Assembly: GCA_023515725.1 (NCBI GenBank) | Contig: JALDTO010000207.1 | Coordinates: 68,908 to 132,907, forward strand | Origin: Amoeboaphelidium protococcarum X5 | Lineage: Eukaryota; Fungi; Aphelidiomycota | Direction of reading: 5' to 3' | DNA: 64,000 nucleotides | Made by a program: the position numbers and the translations under genes | Shown: positions 13,253-26,854 of the stretch, piece by piece | Layout: each line of letters begins with the position of its first letter | Numbering within the stretch: position 1 is the first letter of the stretch | The notes under the pieces: generated by a model | What the model was told of the DNA's origin: nothing | Seen by the model: the letters and a program-made list of their open reading frames with translations, nothing else | Databases searched by the model: none

Positions 13253-14323
13253 TCAAATAAAGTGGTAACACTTCATAAGAGGCACCTTTTGGATAACTTT
13301 ACGCGTGAGCAATAACTACTTGATCGCGTTGAACTGCGACTCGTCATGAACGTCATATTTATCTTGTAGCCACTTGTTCAACTATCGCTCACTAAACACC
13401 TGATCTTGAGGTGTGAATGCACGGCGATACAACTTCTTGCTGATATCAATCTTTAATGGTACTCCGATGGCTGCATTATTGGACTTCAGGATATACTTGC
13501 ACCATTGATCAAACTGGAATTGGGTAAAATCGTACGATAACAGAGCATCTTTCCACAGTCTGTAGAGAGTAGTGTTATCGTTACAGATTGAAATATAGTT
13601 TTTACTGATCATGGCCGGCAGCAGGGAGTCACCGCCATCAAGTGGATCATTAGAATCGTCGATAGCCTTAATCAATCCATCAATGTCGCGTCCATGAGAT
13701 AGCAGCGGCTTCACATCAGCACCATCTTATCTAGCCTTGTTCAGTTACAGAGTACATGGAATCAAGATGAAGTACTTATTACTTAGATAATTGGCAACAT
13801 GTTGTGCCACTTCAACTGAGCATAGTTTATCATTTTAAGTAGTATTAGAACTGGAATCTTCAGAGATATTAGTCGCGTCAGTCTCAGATGAAGAGCTTTA
13901 AACAGACATCAATTGCGGCAAATGAACACACACCAGTCTCTAAATCAATTCAATCGCATCTGCTCCCGTGAATACATTAGGATGTTTAATACCAAAAGCC
14001 ATTACCGTCTTTGATTTAAAAGCAATCTCCTGCCGGAAATCTCTAATCAGTGCTTACAAACTATTAACATTGCCTTTATGCCGACCATCATGAGATTTCG
14101 GTGAAGATTGTCGCGTTTCATCAATGCCGGCCAGTACATCCTCCACCAGAGTCTCTGAGGCAGTATAGAATGAACAATTAGACACTTGATTCATCTTGCC
14201 AGAATCTTCAGAAAATACCTGCGTCTTTCTACTAAAGAATGTGCCAGATCGCTTCAATTTTAACGGTTATTACTGCAACTACGGACTGGTGTTTCCATCT
14301 TCTTACATAACGGGCGCCTCCAT
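13253..14323 (-). CDS. Hypothetical protein with a DEP-like domain (356 aa)
   Basis: Single frame joining ORFs 14054..14257 and 13382..13714. HPNVFTGADAIELI resembles the DEP N(C/V)FxG motif. Confidence 0.6.
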
Positions 14324-14769
14324 GCTCAGATGAATCAAGCAATGGTCAAAAATAGAGAAATGGTATCCAAAAAATTAAGGCAAATTATTGTTAGTAGTAA
14401 TACTAATTAATCTACAATACAAAAGAAAGATGACAATCACTTACAGCAATAATGATAATGATGATGACTACAACAAGGCGATGGTATAAATGAAAGTTGC
14501 AACGCCCCTTGTTCACGCGACAAGATCAGAACGAGTGCTGAAGCGGGGCGTGGCTATTATAGTTTTTATCGCGCGGTGATAGTTTTATCGCCTCACATTC
14601 ACATAGACTCATCCTATTTTAAATCTGGCGTCATCTCTTTAATTCTTTTTACTGTTCTTATTATTCCTGGACTTTTAGAGGAAATTTCCTTGTTTCAACT
14701 TTGTTACAATCATCGTTATTGTATTCTAGATTCACGAGTTTAGCAGTTCAGATCTCTAAAGTATAAGGG

Positions 14770-16095
14770 ATGAATCTGAATAAAATGTTAGAGCGACTGG
14801 TGGGAGATGAGATTGTGAACAAGAGGGCCAAGAGTTACTTGGGCTATGAGCAGAAGATGGAGAGTAGAGATTGTGATAACTATGGTGTATATGCTGCCAA
14901 GTTAATAGACTTTGTCAGTGACTGGTTAAATGATAAAAGTAATTAATAACCACAGCCATTTGACAATGAGCTTTAACAAGATTAATTTTGGAAAGATCTT
15001 ATACGGCGATATCTTGTACTTAACTCTAGATAGTTATCAACATCATCAGCATTATCTGATTAGGACGCGGATACTATCAAAACTGATCCTGTCGATTAAT
15101 AATCTTTTGATGACTTGTTCTTCTTTGTGCTTGATGATTATTCCAAGTCTACCGGTACTGATAATAGCAATGGTGAATCTGGAGGATATTAATCCACTAA
15201 TGTAATAGTGCGCAGAAATGATGCGGATACTTCGCTTGAAGTTCATGTTGCGCATATACTACCTAGTGCAGAGATTAGGTGGAAAGATACGCTGCTCCTC
15301 AATTTAATTTGTCATTTACAGTATTAAATTGTAGTCTCAAAGTGCACAAAGAATCTGAATATTTAGCGCAGTGAGCGATAATAGAAATTAAAGATTTCAA
15401 GTACCACTTTGATACCTATAGAGTAATCGGTGAAGAATCTTTACGCGTCACCATATAAAATGACTGTAATGGATGCTGGCAGGTAGCACAATAAGTCGTC
15501 TTCATTAAGTAGCCATAAGTTGACCTATCCTATTTGCTACTTTACATTGAGCGATTATGATTCTGCAAGTTATAGTGAGGATTCTGATGGCAGTGCAAGT
15601 GGACATATAATTCTGAAAGATAGTTTGCATGAACGAGACTTGGAGTATTTGACAGTAGAATTGATCCTCAAGATTCCACGATTGAATTCCGGCGGTGGCG
15701 ATAAATCAACGGATATGACTCTATTCCAAGGTGCCGTGTCTTACTATGCCCTTCGAGAAGCCTTTTAGACTAAGCGGAGATAATCTGTGTAATTCGACCC
15801 TCTTCAGAATTTAAAAAATGTTTTCAGTTCCATAAACAGATAATTTAAAGGCTAGTAGTAGTCATCTGATATATAGAATCAAGACGATGTTCATCAAGAT
15901 TAGTAATTCATATTGATGCGCGGACCCAATGGGAAAGGCTTTGCTTAAGTGGCTCTATCAGAGATTGTCTATGAAGATTAACAGGTTGGATCTTCCTAAA
16001 TTTAGAGTATCTAAAAGGGATTAAAATGCGACATGGTGTACATATCTCTGCCTCAAAGCAGTATCATATCTGACATTTTGAATGCAGTAATTTGA
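14770..16095 (+). CDS. KIAA0930/DUF2045-family protein (441 aa)
   Basis: DDLFFFV, WKDTLLLNLI, LYASP, TYPICYFTLSDY, LFQGAVSY, MRGPNGKGFA. Confidence 0.8.
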
Positions 16096-16172
16096 TATTA
16101 CATCATGATATTTTACACTTTAATATATGCCATTTCATATTACACAGACTGACTGACTTTACTTGATTCTAA

Positions 16173-17243
16173 TCATTCCTGGTCCAGTACTGTGATCAGG
16201 CTAGCCTTGTATTATTTTAATGATTAGATTAACCAAGGAAGTCGTGGTAAGCGAGACTTTTTTATCACCGCAGGATGTTCAATTAATGAAGACTTGAGAA
16301 CTAAAGCCTAGTCAGACTCCTTTAGTGTCGCATCATCCACCTTTTTATCATCTAACGCGTGTTCTGTTACATTGACTTCATTATTAGAGTGACTTTATTG
16401 GTCCAATTCCATAAGTGAAGCAGTCTTGAATTTAATGCTGCGAGTATGCTGCAAAGTGCCTTGATTGATTTACTCACTACTCAAGTTCAGTCCATCTTAC
16501 TTTTGCTCTCGCATGATGTGCTGTATTACACGTTTATATGTAGTCTCTAGTCGCGGTTCGCAAGTGTTATATGCATCAATGAGGTTCTAGTCCATAGTGT
16601 TAACTATCACCTTGAAATCATCCAAAGTGATAATAGATTAAATATGCTTCAACGCAGCCATAAAATGGTGCTAATAAATCCCGTTACTTGTTTTATCTTT
16701 GTTCTATTAACCGTGACTGATTAGCGTTAACAAAGCAGATATTAACTCATTGTATGACTGTACGCGGGATTTAGAGGATATATACCTGATGATGAAGCTG
16801 CACGTTGCAACAACCACTGCCTGATTTTCTGATTAAAGTCCGAATACTACTAGGCACTGAACAACTGATGAGTTGACGTTAATTTTATGGAGCAACTTGA
16901 TCAAAATTGACTATGTAATCAACCTAATGCGAATTCTATTATGAATTAGAGTGGTCCGTATCAAGATCTTCATCACTATCCAGAAATGTTCATTATGTTA
17001 CGGATTAAAGACATGCGGACACTTTATCCCCAGAGAGTAGATGAGCATACAGGAGGAGAACACCATCGCAGTGTCCTAGGGAGAGTCTAGACATTTACAG
17101 AGTGGCAGCCACATAGAATCCATAATTATCTATGCATCTCGCAGCTTATTTACTTTTAATAATCGCCTAACATGATCAATCCCAAGATGGACATCTTCCT
17201 ACTTTGATGACTCTAAATAGCCTTTAATTGTTTCAAGATCCAT
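16173..17243 (-). CDS. Hypothetical helical-repeat (HEAT/ARM-like) protein (356 aa)
   Basis: Uninterrupted frame with TAR=Gln from ATG 17243 to TGA 16173, with an amphipathic helical pattern. Absent from the ORF track. Confidence 0.6.
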
Positions 17244-17516
17244 GGTTCATTACAAAAGAGCGTATCCAAGGTGAGTTGATACATCCTCTTTATCGTCACC
17301 ACTGATTGCAACGGAGTCGTTTGCTCAACAGCTTTAATATACGCAAAGTTTAGTTTATCGATAACGTGTGAAGGCCTCAATTGCTTTAAAGTATTGAAGC
17401 CATGGACTTGATACGATCACATTAGAAATACAATGTCAATGACACGAAATACGAACAAAAGAGACACTTTGTGGCAATAAATATTCATCTCTTATAATCA
17501 ATAGTATTATACGACA

Positions 17517-19376
17517 TCATTCGTCATCATCATTTACAGCACTGTTAGCATCAGAAAGAGGTTCTGTGCCATCAAATTGTCTCAAAATCAGAGCCTCCTT
17601 TTTAAAGTTGTTCTCTGTCGACAATCTGCGAGACTAGCGCCGTTTCACACGATCAGCCAACGAGAAGTCCGCACCATCGACTGGCACCTGAGCAACTACT
17701 GGTCTTTAAATCTAAGCTATCAGTGCATCCACATCTACGTAATTCTGGTCATCATTAACAAAGTCCTTGTGCTTGATTGACGCGCAGTGTTCCACCAGGT
17801 CGGCGAATTTCTCCTGACACACCTCACAAAATCCAGGTTTCTATTCAGCAGCATCAGCGTCAGACTTTTTTTTGCGCACAGACATGTTGGCGTCCCTCAT
17901 CTACACCATTTTTTGATATTTCTACTTTGAAGCTTACTCCAACTCCTCCAGTCGAATAATACGCCCTTCTTCCGTGAGTTAATGGAGCACCTTCGGTGGT
18001 TTCCAACTGAATAAACCGTATGGATCTTTCATATTACCTGGCTTTTAATTCAGTCTCTTCAGCTTCATGGCCTCTTTCGATAACACTGGCCCCTTTTCTT
18101 CCTCGTCATCATTCTCTGGCATGAGCAGATCGGAACTCTCAGGTGGATAAAATGGGCAATCACCAGGCACACTGTCAAAGTTGAGATAAGGCAATGTGTA
18201 CTCATTGGGAAGTAATTCTTGTCCCATTTTCAACTTCTTCTTACATTCGTGGGATGGTACAAATTCTTTAAACACTGGCCGGTAACAATTGCCTCTATCT
18301 AAGACTAACATGTATGGGAACTTGAATTCATGAAACTGCGACTATTTAGGATCTTTATACCAGTATTCCTATAAAAGACGTTTATTTTCCAATTGCTAGT
18401 AGTCAGGCGCTCCAAAATACTTCTTCAATGCAGTAAGGACCTGATCAACATGTATGACTCGTATGCCAGATTCTCGAGCTTCACGTATCACAGATTCGCG
18501 GTCAACCTCAATCGATGCCGACGAGTTTACAGTTATGACAGACTGAGTGCCTGGGTGCTGAGAGTATATGGAAGCGGCAAGTTTCGGTGCAGCTGACAGC
18601 ACTGATGCATTATCGACAAAATTACTATTATTGTGATGACGTCTCACCGGAGGATTCGGGCCGCTTTGAGAAAAGTGCTTCTACTACTGAGCCTTACTTT
18701 CATTAGCGGACGGATGACAGGATACCAATATAGAGACTGAAGAGTCAAAGGTGGTTGAGTACTTGCATACTTCATTATCTTGCATAAAGGACTGAATGAA
18801 AGCCAGCTTGTGCCTATCCTTGACATCCAGCATGAACACATTCTCACGGAAGTACCTGATATAGTTTTTCTATTTCATGCAAAACTACTCTTCCTGAAGC
18901 TACTTTGCAGACTTCTGCTCCTGATCCCGCTTAAGCAATTTAAAGCTTTGCTGTTACTTGGCCGCAATGTCCACTTCGAAGGTACGTTTACGCACAGCAC
19001 GGGCTGGCTCTTTATCAGCACTTCTACTTTTAACCTGCTTAGTTGACACAGCAGCTGCAGATATATTCTCTTATTCAACAGACTCCTGAGCCACGTCAAT
19101 CTTGGTGCTTACTCGCTAAAAGGATTTGGTAAAACTATATTAGGCGCCTTGTTGTACTTTTGCTGCGACAAAGGTACGCTTTCTCTCCTTCTACTATAAG
19201 GCGACTTTTTCTTACAGAGTCGATACCTTATTGCTCTCTGTTCTTCCAGGACCAGTGATAGCTTAAGTAGAATGAACATAATTACCAGTGACATTAACTT
19301 CATTGCGTTTAAGAAGACTGGCAGCATATGATGACCGCAATTTGGGTAGATTAGAGGCAGCAGGTTAGTTCTCCAT
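17517..19376 (-). CDS. DBF4: Dbf4/Dfp1 regulatory subunit of Cdc7 kinase (619 aa)
   Basis: Motif N-like ARESGIRVIHVDQV, motif M-like KFPYMLVLDRGNCYRPVFKEF, and a DBF4 zinc finger KPGFCEVCQEKFADLVEHCASIKHKDF. Confidence 0.85.
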
Positions 19377-19693
19377 CAGCAGATACGATAATCAGATTCT
19401 AAAAGAAGTTAAAGAGTAGATCAAGACCAGATAAAAAGCACACAGAATTGAAACTGACGATAGAGGGAAATACCGTAAAACAATTAAGATAAATGTACTG
19501 GGGACTGCACAAGAGTTAAAGATACTGTAGATAACACGGTGCAGAGAGACCGAGAAATGACCAAAGTTGAAACAAAAAGAGGGCGCGCATAGCACCGCGA
19601 ACTGAGAAGATCAAATGGCGACGAAACTTTATTTCGCTCATGTTTCACTTCCTTCTGTCTCGCTCGGTCTTGATCAACCAGTCTCTATCTGAT

Positions 19694-20539
19694 TCAAGGC
19701 TTCTCAAACAACTTGGCAACCTGCGACTCTAGATTGGCATCCTATTTTATTATATCGCTCACTTGCTTTACAAAGTCAGGAAATGTTGGATCCTTCAGAA
19801 TTGCGTCGATTTTGGCATCAATTCTCTCTTCATTACCACACAGTTGGTCCTAAGTGCTAATCTACGATGCAGTAGAGTTGATTTTATCATTGATTTTTTG
19901 TTACGTTGCAGCCATCGCTTCCAGAACTGATTAATCTTCAAGTGACTGTTTTGATTATATTGTTGCAACTGGTATCGAATGCTAAGTAGTATTTCCTTGG
20001 GCAATGACTAACGCATCTCCGACCGACTATGTTGATAGAGTAGTTGCAGGTGGCATCTAATGCTAAGTGTATCCATTATCAGTGGCTTGTCCAACATTCT
20101 ACGATGCCAATCTTGGGACGCTCAGCATTGGAGGACTAAACGTTTGAGATGGCGCAATGTTTCTGACAGGCGCGTTCCAGAATTGAGAAGCCTAACTTTG
20201 AGTGAAACTGTCACCATTCGACGCGTCTTTGATGTTCAGAGAGCCAGGCAAGCAATTTCTCAATAGATTACAATCTTCTGGAGTTTTGAACTTTAATTAC
20301 ACTTTGATGGAAGCATTTCCTTCAATATACTTTATGCCAAACGTATCGTGTTTCGTTACCAGCTTAACATTATATTTGCAAAGATTTGCCGCGTTCAACC
20401 CAAGTTCAAACACAACGCTCTGACTGTCCCTGACTACGAGCTTCGAGTCATAGTAATCAACTTCACAATTATAACTTCTGGTGTCCCAAGCACTTGTCTT
20501 TGCATTGTAAAAGCTAATCTTTCTCAATTCAATATACAT
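19694..20539 (-). CDS. REC114: REC114-like meiotic double-strand-break protein (281 aa)
   Basis: N-terminal PH-like beta region, S/Q-rich linker, and C-terminal IDAILKDPTFPDFVKQVSDII. The last matches the Rec114 terminal signature LxDxxFxxFVxxV. Size fits the family. Confidence 0.7.
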
Positions 20540-20714
20540 GACTATCTCAAGATGTATTTATTTTAGAAGTAAGTTGATCAAGTCCACAAGAAACAAAAGT
20601 GAAACGAAACGAATAAATCTTTAATCAAATGCTACTATACTTGGTCATTATCTACAGTTACGGGTCAGTTCCTAATAGCAATAGCAAATCAAGTCAATGT
20701 GACTGCATGAACTT

Positions 20715-21779
20715 TCATGGAATTAGAATAAATGAATTTGCACTCATGAGACCGACTTCAGCCTTGGCAATTGCCAAATCGGTAGGCAGCATATCAATTC
20801 GCGCCAGTTCACTGAAGTGATAATTAGTTGTTGATAGCTCGCCTACGCAATCATTCGATATATTCACATCAGAAGAGGTAGATGATGCGGGTAAGGACGC
20901 GTCACCACCAGCACTTTAGCCATTACTAAGAAGGAAATAATCGATGCAAAAGCCAGTGGCAAAAGCGAGAAGAACAGAGACGGTGAACGCGTTACCATAA
21001 GGTAGAGCTGGTTTCAGTCGTTACTCGACGCCATTCCATGCGGCAGATATGATACTCCACAAATCCTCAGTCTCTACTTCACCATGATTGTCATTACCAT
21101 CAGTGATAGCATTCAACTGACGATTAGGAAAGAAGATGCCAGATAGCCCAAATCTTGAGCCTCCAGAAGGTAGAGGAGAGTCACTGAATCTTACATCTTG
21201 ATCCCCGATATGATGCGATCGCAGTTGGATACCAGATGTAGAACTTGGCTTTCTCTTTCTCCTGACACGAGTAGACTCTTCGTTTGAACCAACCACCACG
21301 ACACTTTTACCACCAATGCGACGCGACACCAATGATCCACCAGAATATCCAGCAGGGATGGTGACTTGCGATAGAGGAATCGCTTAAAATTCAAGACTGT
21401 CATGCGATGACTCAGCATCATCAGTGCTGTACATGAAGTCACATTCACTAGATGCCGCACTACTATTCGCAGCACTGACGCTAGACTCCTTCTTACCATA
21501 TCGTTGTAGTGCATTACTTATGGACTGAGGGTCAGAATGCTCACGCGCAATAGCAGATGAAGACGATCTGCTCTTGATTGAACGCGGGCTCCTCGGCGTG
21601 AGCGTCCGACTCCCAGTCGTTACAGACCTGACTCCCAAATCAACATCATCACTCTCCAAGTCAGTGCTCAGCATTGAATACGAGCTCATGCTACTCTTCA
21701 TATCCTTTTACTATTAAATTAGTAGTTATTCCTCACTCATTCCAACTTGATTCATATCTTCCATTTTTACAATTGACAT
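20715..21779 (-). CDS. Hypothetical Ser-rich protein with one C-proximal TM segment (354 aa)
   Basis: ORFs 21384..21701 and 21021..21332 join via TAR=Gln. TM-like NAFTVSVLLAFATGFCIDYFLL. Confidence 0.65.
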
Positions 21780-22369
21780 TCAGTGTTAGACTACACACAC
21801 ATACAAGATACAAAATACAATTAGTACAATTACTGTTTCAAACACGAATGAAACGCCCCTGCTGACGGAACAATTGATGAATCAACTGTCGGTTGTTCAA
21901 GCCAGCAAGGGCCCCACAAAGAAATCTTACCTTTTCAAAGAATAGATTTAATTTAATATTGGATAAAGTATTCTGTTGATTTATGAGTAGAATTATAACA
22001 AATTACAAAGTGTAAAAGAGATAAGAAGGTCCAAGACTTTTGCGGGTCAACTGACTGGCCAATTTTCCGATCAGTGTTACACGAGAATCCCAGTCATCTG
22101 ATCAAATTCTGACAGGGATTAAAGCTGCCTGATTGGCACTTGATTAATACAGATCTGTTTATGTATCATGCTATTGAACTTCTTATGAATGTCCGTGATG
22201 ATATTTTTCGGATGGCCTTAAAAATGACCTGTTCATGATGCTATGATCTACATGGCCTGACTTAATCAGAGACTGCCGTGTTATTCATCCCTGTTCTCAG
22301 AATTTCTCTCCCACGTTCCTTTCTTCAAAAACCGCGTCATATCCTAAAACTATCATCTACGCTTGTTTA

Positions 22370-23944
22370 ATGTCGTATTATTAAAATTAATCTGGTGTGG
22401 TTGATGATAAAAATTAAGGAAGACAGAGATATGATGATTCTTTTTCTTCACATCACACCATGACTAGCCACATTACGTAGTAGAGTCCTTTGATGGGAGG
22501 AGGAGGAGGAGGTGTGTAGTAGAGAAGGCAAGAGTCGATTGGCTCACTGGTGACTGCTCTATTCTCTCATAAATGTGCATATAATGGTCAAGGATAAGGT
22601 GGTGCACATACGCGATCACCATTTATTTAGAATCCACGTTAGCATCTGGGGTAGCAACGCTGTCATAATGGATATTAACTTGCCAATACTCAAGATTCTG
22701 ATAGCGATGCAGATTTTGATGATTCTTCGCCGTATTACACTTCAGCTAATATTAATATCCCCATAAAGCCACAGTAATTGTCATCATCTTGCTTCACTCG
22801 TGCCTCTTAATTTAATGCTGATAGAATTAGAAAATTATAACGGAAAAGACGCAATAGGCTCATAGCGATTGTGTGTCTACTTGTTCTACTGCTTTTGGGT
22901 ACGGCGATGGCTGCTGTCGTGGTACCTAAGCCTTCGCAACATTCCAAAGATTTATATAGAGGAGAAAGAGTGCTGTATGAAGCAGATGGTAAATGGATAC
23001 ATTAGCTCTCTGTGGAGGGTAGAAAAGTTCAGCGTGTTCTACTATTTCGTGAACAGCCACCCATGACTAGACGGGAGAAGTTTTCGCATGAGATGGCTGT
23101 AGATTTGAGCCTGTCACAATTGTCTTATTATAGAATTGCTGCCTATGATGGCTCTACACTCTCTTTAAAGTGGGGATTGAATATGATGTCGAATTCTATT
23201 GTCAATCTGCAGATTATTGAGGGCCAGGATGGATTTAATCGATTGCAAAAGGGCCAGTTACTACTTGGTGATAGAGAAATGAAGATGAAATTGTTTGGAA
23301 TAGAGCCATATGGCACAGTCAACTATACTTTTAGAAGTCATACTGGTAATACTAGGAAGAGAGCTGTATATTTTATTGTATTTCAGGTGAAGACTATTTC
23401 TCTCATTGTTCCATCCTCATCATAGACCTCAATTAGAGTTGGAGGGAGTGCCAAGTTGGATGTTGATCTTTTAACTTTTGACACTTCTAAACTTGAACCT
23501 GCTCAAAGTTGCGATGAAGCACCCTGTCAGTTTGTAATCGCACCCACTTAGCGGTTTCTGCTCATCGACGGTCCTTATAAAGATTATACTGGCGCACCTG
23601 GCTATTTCTATTATGAAGAACATGCTCGTTTGTGGCCTTACTTTGCGCTCTTTGGTATTCTTTGTCTTGCCTCGCTCCTGGTGGCTTTACTTGCTTGTGC
23701 CGTTTATATTCGTAAATCCTACTCAATGTCTCCGCAGTCCGCTTAAAGTAGTATCATAAATGGTAATAACAGCGCTAATGGTCTAAAATTTTGGTCATAA
23801 TATTCTCTTCGTGGTAATTAAGGCAGTTAATTTAATCGCGATGTCGATCATTTGCGTTAATCAGTGTGTAATGTCAGAAATCCATCCAATGCTCAACTCG
23901 ACTCTTAATAGCCACCTGCATACAATGAATAATAACAATAATGA
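22370..23944 (+). CDS. Two-TM membrane protein with an APD1-4-like (DUF4792/4793-like) luminal region and a C-terminal PPAY motif (524 aa)
   Basis: TM1 LIAIVCLLVLLLLGTAMAAVVV; luminal YDGSTLSLKW..FDT..C..C; TM2 after ARLWPYF; tail QQPPAYNE. No RING domain seen. Confidence 0.6.
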
Positions 23945-24002
23945 AAAATGTGAATATTATCTGTGTATCATATTATTCTTTAAAAGACTTATCATTATAT
24001 AT

Positions 24003-25712
24003 TCAAGCCTTGACAGTCTGCTGAGGACCGCCAGCTGACTACTTTTAATGAGAGCCATGCTTGGACTTCCTACGACGCTTCTTACTACTTTTAGTCTGAA
24101 CATCGGCCAGAGATTGAGGGGCAAAGACTTCTTGTGGAGCGAGGACACTATAATTCGATACATTGACCGGCAGAGCTTCTTCCATGTCAATAGCCGGAGT
24201 ACTACTCGACAACACTCTCAACTCTATCTCGGCGGGACGCGGTACAAAGTGATGCTGAGTCAGCGAATCTAAATTGTAACACAGTTTCTGGAATAGAGAC
24301 TTGATCTCCATATGTTCAGGTTTAGGATTAGATTAGCTCAACATATCTTCTTTAGCCAATCTAATTACATCGGACTGACCATTGAGCTCTGCCGCGGCTC
24401 TAGCCTCCTGATACTCGTTCTCATACATCTGCGACAGAGACTGGGCGTTCTGATTATCATCGATTTCCAGTCGCTCCCGCTTACGTCCATGTCTATCAGC
24501 GGCATCATACTGCGCTGATGGTGGCAATTCATACTTTCTCTCCACATCATCGAATACAGCATCTTTGATCCTCTGTTTGATCATACTCTCAATGGTTGAA
24601 GTGAAATCATCAGTGATAATGGGCACCGGCTTGGAACCATGATCAAATTCTAGCTGATGCTCAAGAAGACTATTCTCAGGTCTGCTCTTGCTAGTAGCTT
24701 CTCCCAGCATAGTCCATTCCTTCTTCTGAACATTCTGCTACTCCAATTTCTCTATCGTCCTCTTCATCTTGAGCTGCTACTTCTAGAAACGTGTCAGCTC
24801 TTACTGATCTTCATCGCCATCTTACGTGCCTCCTTCTAACAATAAATTTAGCTTTTCATCCTCAGACAAGTCTTCTTATTCTTCATCAAATAGGAATTAT
24901 TGTCCATTTTCATTGCCTTATTCAACGTGTTCAAGATCTAAACCATCGTCGATATCCAAGCTATCCTAAATCTGATTACTCTAACTACCATCTTACTTAC
25001 GCGAAGGAGGTGCAAAGAAGTCTGCATACATCAAATTTGACGCGTCCAAATCCTCTTCATCCTCCTCCTCTTCTTCATCTTCATCAAATTATAATCCCTC
25101 TACTTCTTCTTAATCAGTAAAGTCCTCTTCATTGGAGGCCATATCATCCTCGACTACTTCTTAATCAATATCACCATCAGGCGCGTCGGATAAACTCAAC
25201 TGATCCTGATTATCACTATAATCATCTAAACTATGATCAATCAATTCTGTATCACTCTATTATGCATTTTAATCTTCAAGCATCTCATCAGAGGCATCGG
25301 AATCAAATGGGACAACGACATCACCTTGTGCTGCTGAATAACGAGAATATGAACCCGCAGCATCAGAGTCGCCATCATCCCCATCTGGCATATAAGCGAG
25401 AATTTTCTCCACATACGCATTTCGCCCCATATCAATCTGCTGCCATAGCTAATTCAAATCCATATCTTCCACCACAAGCGATTAAAACGTGTCAAAGAGA
25501 TCCAGATTATCGTTTTCATCATCAAGGCAATGGAGATCGGTGAACATTTTCTGCATAAACTGAAGCAAGTCACTCTTTGAATTCTCCGAAGACTATAGCT
25601 AGCTGTCTTTGTCATTACATTTTTGCAATAAGTGTCTGTAATACGCAGTATCAAAGTATTACGGTGACTATTGCATGCAAGCGACTACTTTATCCATCAG
25701 CGTTTTCACCAT
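24003..25712 (-). CDS. MPP10: U3 snoRNP protein Mpp10
   Basis: EWTMLGEATSKSRPENSLLE, IKQRIKDAVFDDVER, SLSQMYENEY, LDSLTQHHFVP, PAIDMEEALP, LAPQEVF. Confidence 0.92.
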
Positions 25713-25876
25713 TTTTCACTCGTCAATTTTTATTCAAAACGTCTTCGCCCTTAAAGAGAAAAGCCTGACAGATCGAGACTTCCTTTTGCATTTCTCTCTA
25801 TAGTGAAGCAAGTATTTATCCGACTTCAGCATTGTGGACTCGTTAATATAATTTTTATTAAAAATCTTATAACATA

Positions 25877-26788
25877 ATGCAATCAGTGGTGGCTAAGCGA
25901 TTTATAAAGTATTCCAAGGTGGGTGAAGTGGTGTCGAAGCCTGATAGTATCAAGTGGTAAAAGATGTACCATCCGATTCTGGGCGAGTACGATTCCGAAA
26001 TCATCTAGCAGAAGAGCAGTGGATTTATTATGTCTGACTCTAATAGTAATAATAAGATAAATGACGCGTATATGGATGCGCTATAAAGTCACCCGCGTCT
26101 CGCTGGTTAGTAGTCGCTCGGTCAAGAGTAGTAGCAAATGTAGCTGATGCAGATGCTTAGAAATAATCCTCCTGGTGTTAGCGACCATTTGAAAGAATCA
26201 ATTAGTAAGCTTCGCTTGGGCCAGGTGATATATCTTAGAAGAAGAACTTAGTTGGATGGTCCTGTTGAAGATCGCCAATTATTGTCTGTATTTGGTCTGA
26301 TCATTCAATTGAATTTGCCAATCGATCTATTGAAGAGGGAACGCCCATCGCTGGACACTTCTTCCATCTATAGACGCGATAAACTGGAAGCTAACCCATT
26401 TGTACGCGTTCGCGGTGTGATATCGAACGTTGGCGTAGAGTACAAGATCCCGCTGTACAGTCCTCTACTACACGATATCCACATTTTGAAAGAGTCTCCA
26501 TTAATCAATGATGATACTTCTTCCAATGACAATAAACTTTTACTCAGCGTGACTGGCGGTCTTAATCTATTTGGTGTTCGTGGTGATGGTGTCACATACA
26601 AGCGATCTCTGGTTGACGCTGAGCTGAGTGGAGAGAATGACCAGCAGACTCCGGACTGCGTGGAGAGGTTGTCAAAGTACATCAATATAAACGTTCTCAG
26701 TGACAAGGGAAGAATGGCTATGATCAGGCAGTTGAATGCGGCTATTAGAAATGGGGATTAATTGGATGCAATCAAGGCATAGATTTGA
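25877..26788 (+). CDS. Mitochondrial ribosomal protein bL19m-like (303 aa)
   Basis: VRVRGVISNVGVEYKIPLYSPLLHDIHIL matches the L19 signature. Basic, presequence-like N-terminus. Confidence 0.75.
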
Positions 26789-26854
26789 ATTTAATAAGAA
26801 TTAAAGATTACATTATACACTTTGAAGTCTCACTCTCATATTAACATTTCATCA

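Noticed and set aside
17866-17873. Apparent frameshift at the T8 run in DBF4
   Set aside because: Recounting gives AAA AAA AAG on the coding strand, so the frame is intact.
19569-20606. Single TGAAAC hexamers upstream of DBF4 and REC114
   Set aside because: Isolated hexamers are expected dozens of times by chance in 64 kb; only clustered or palindromic sites were kept.
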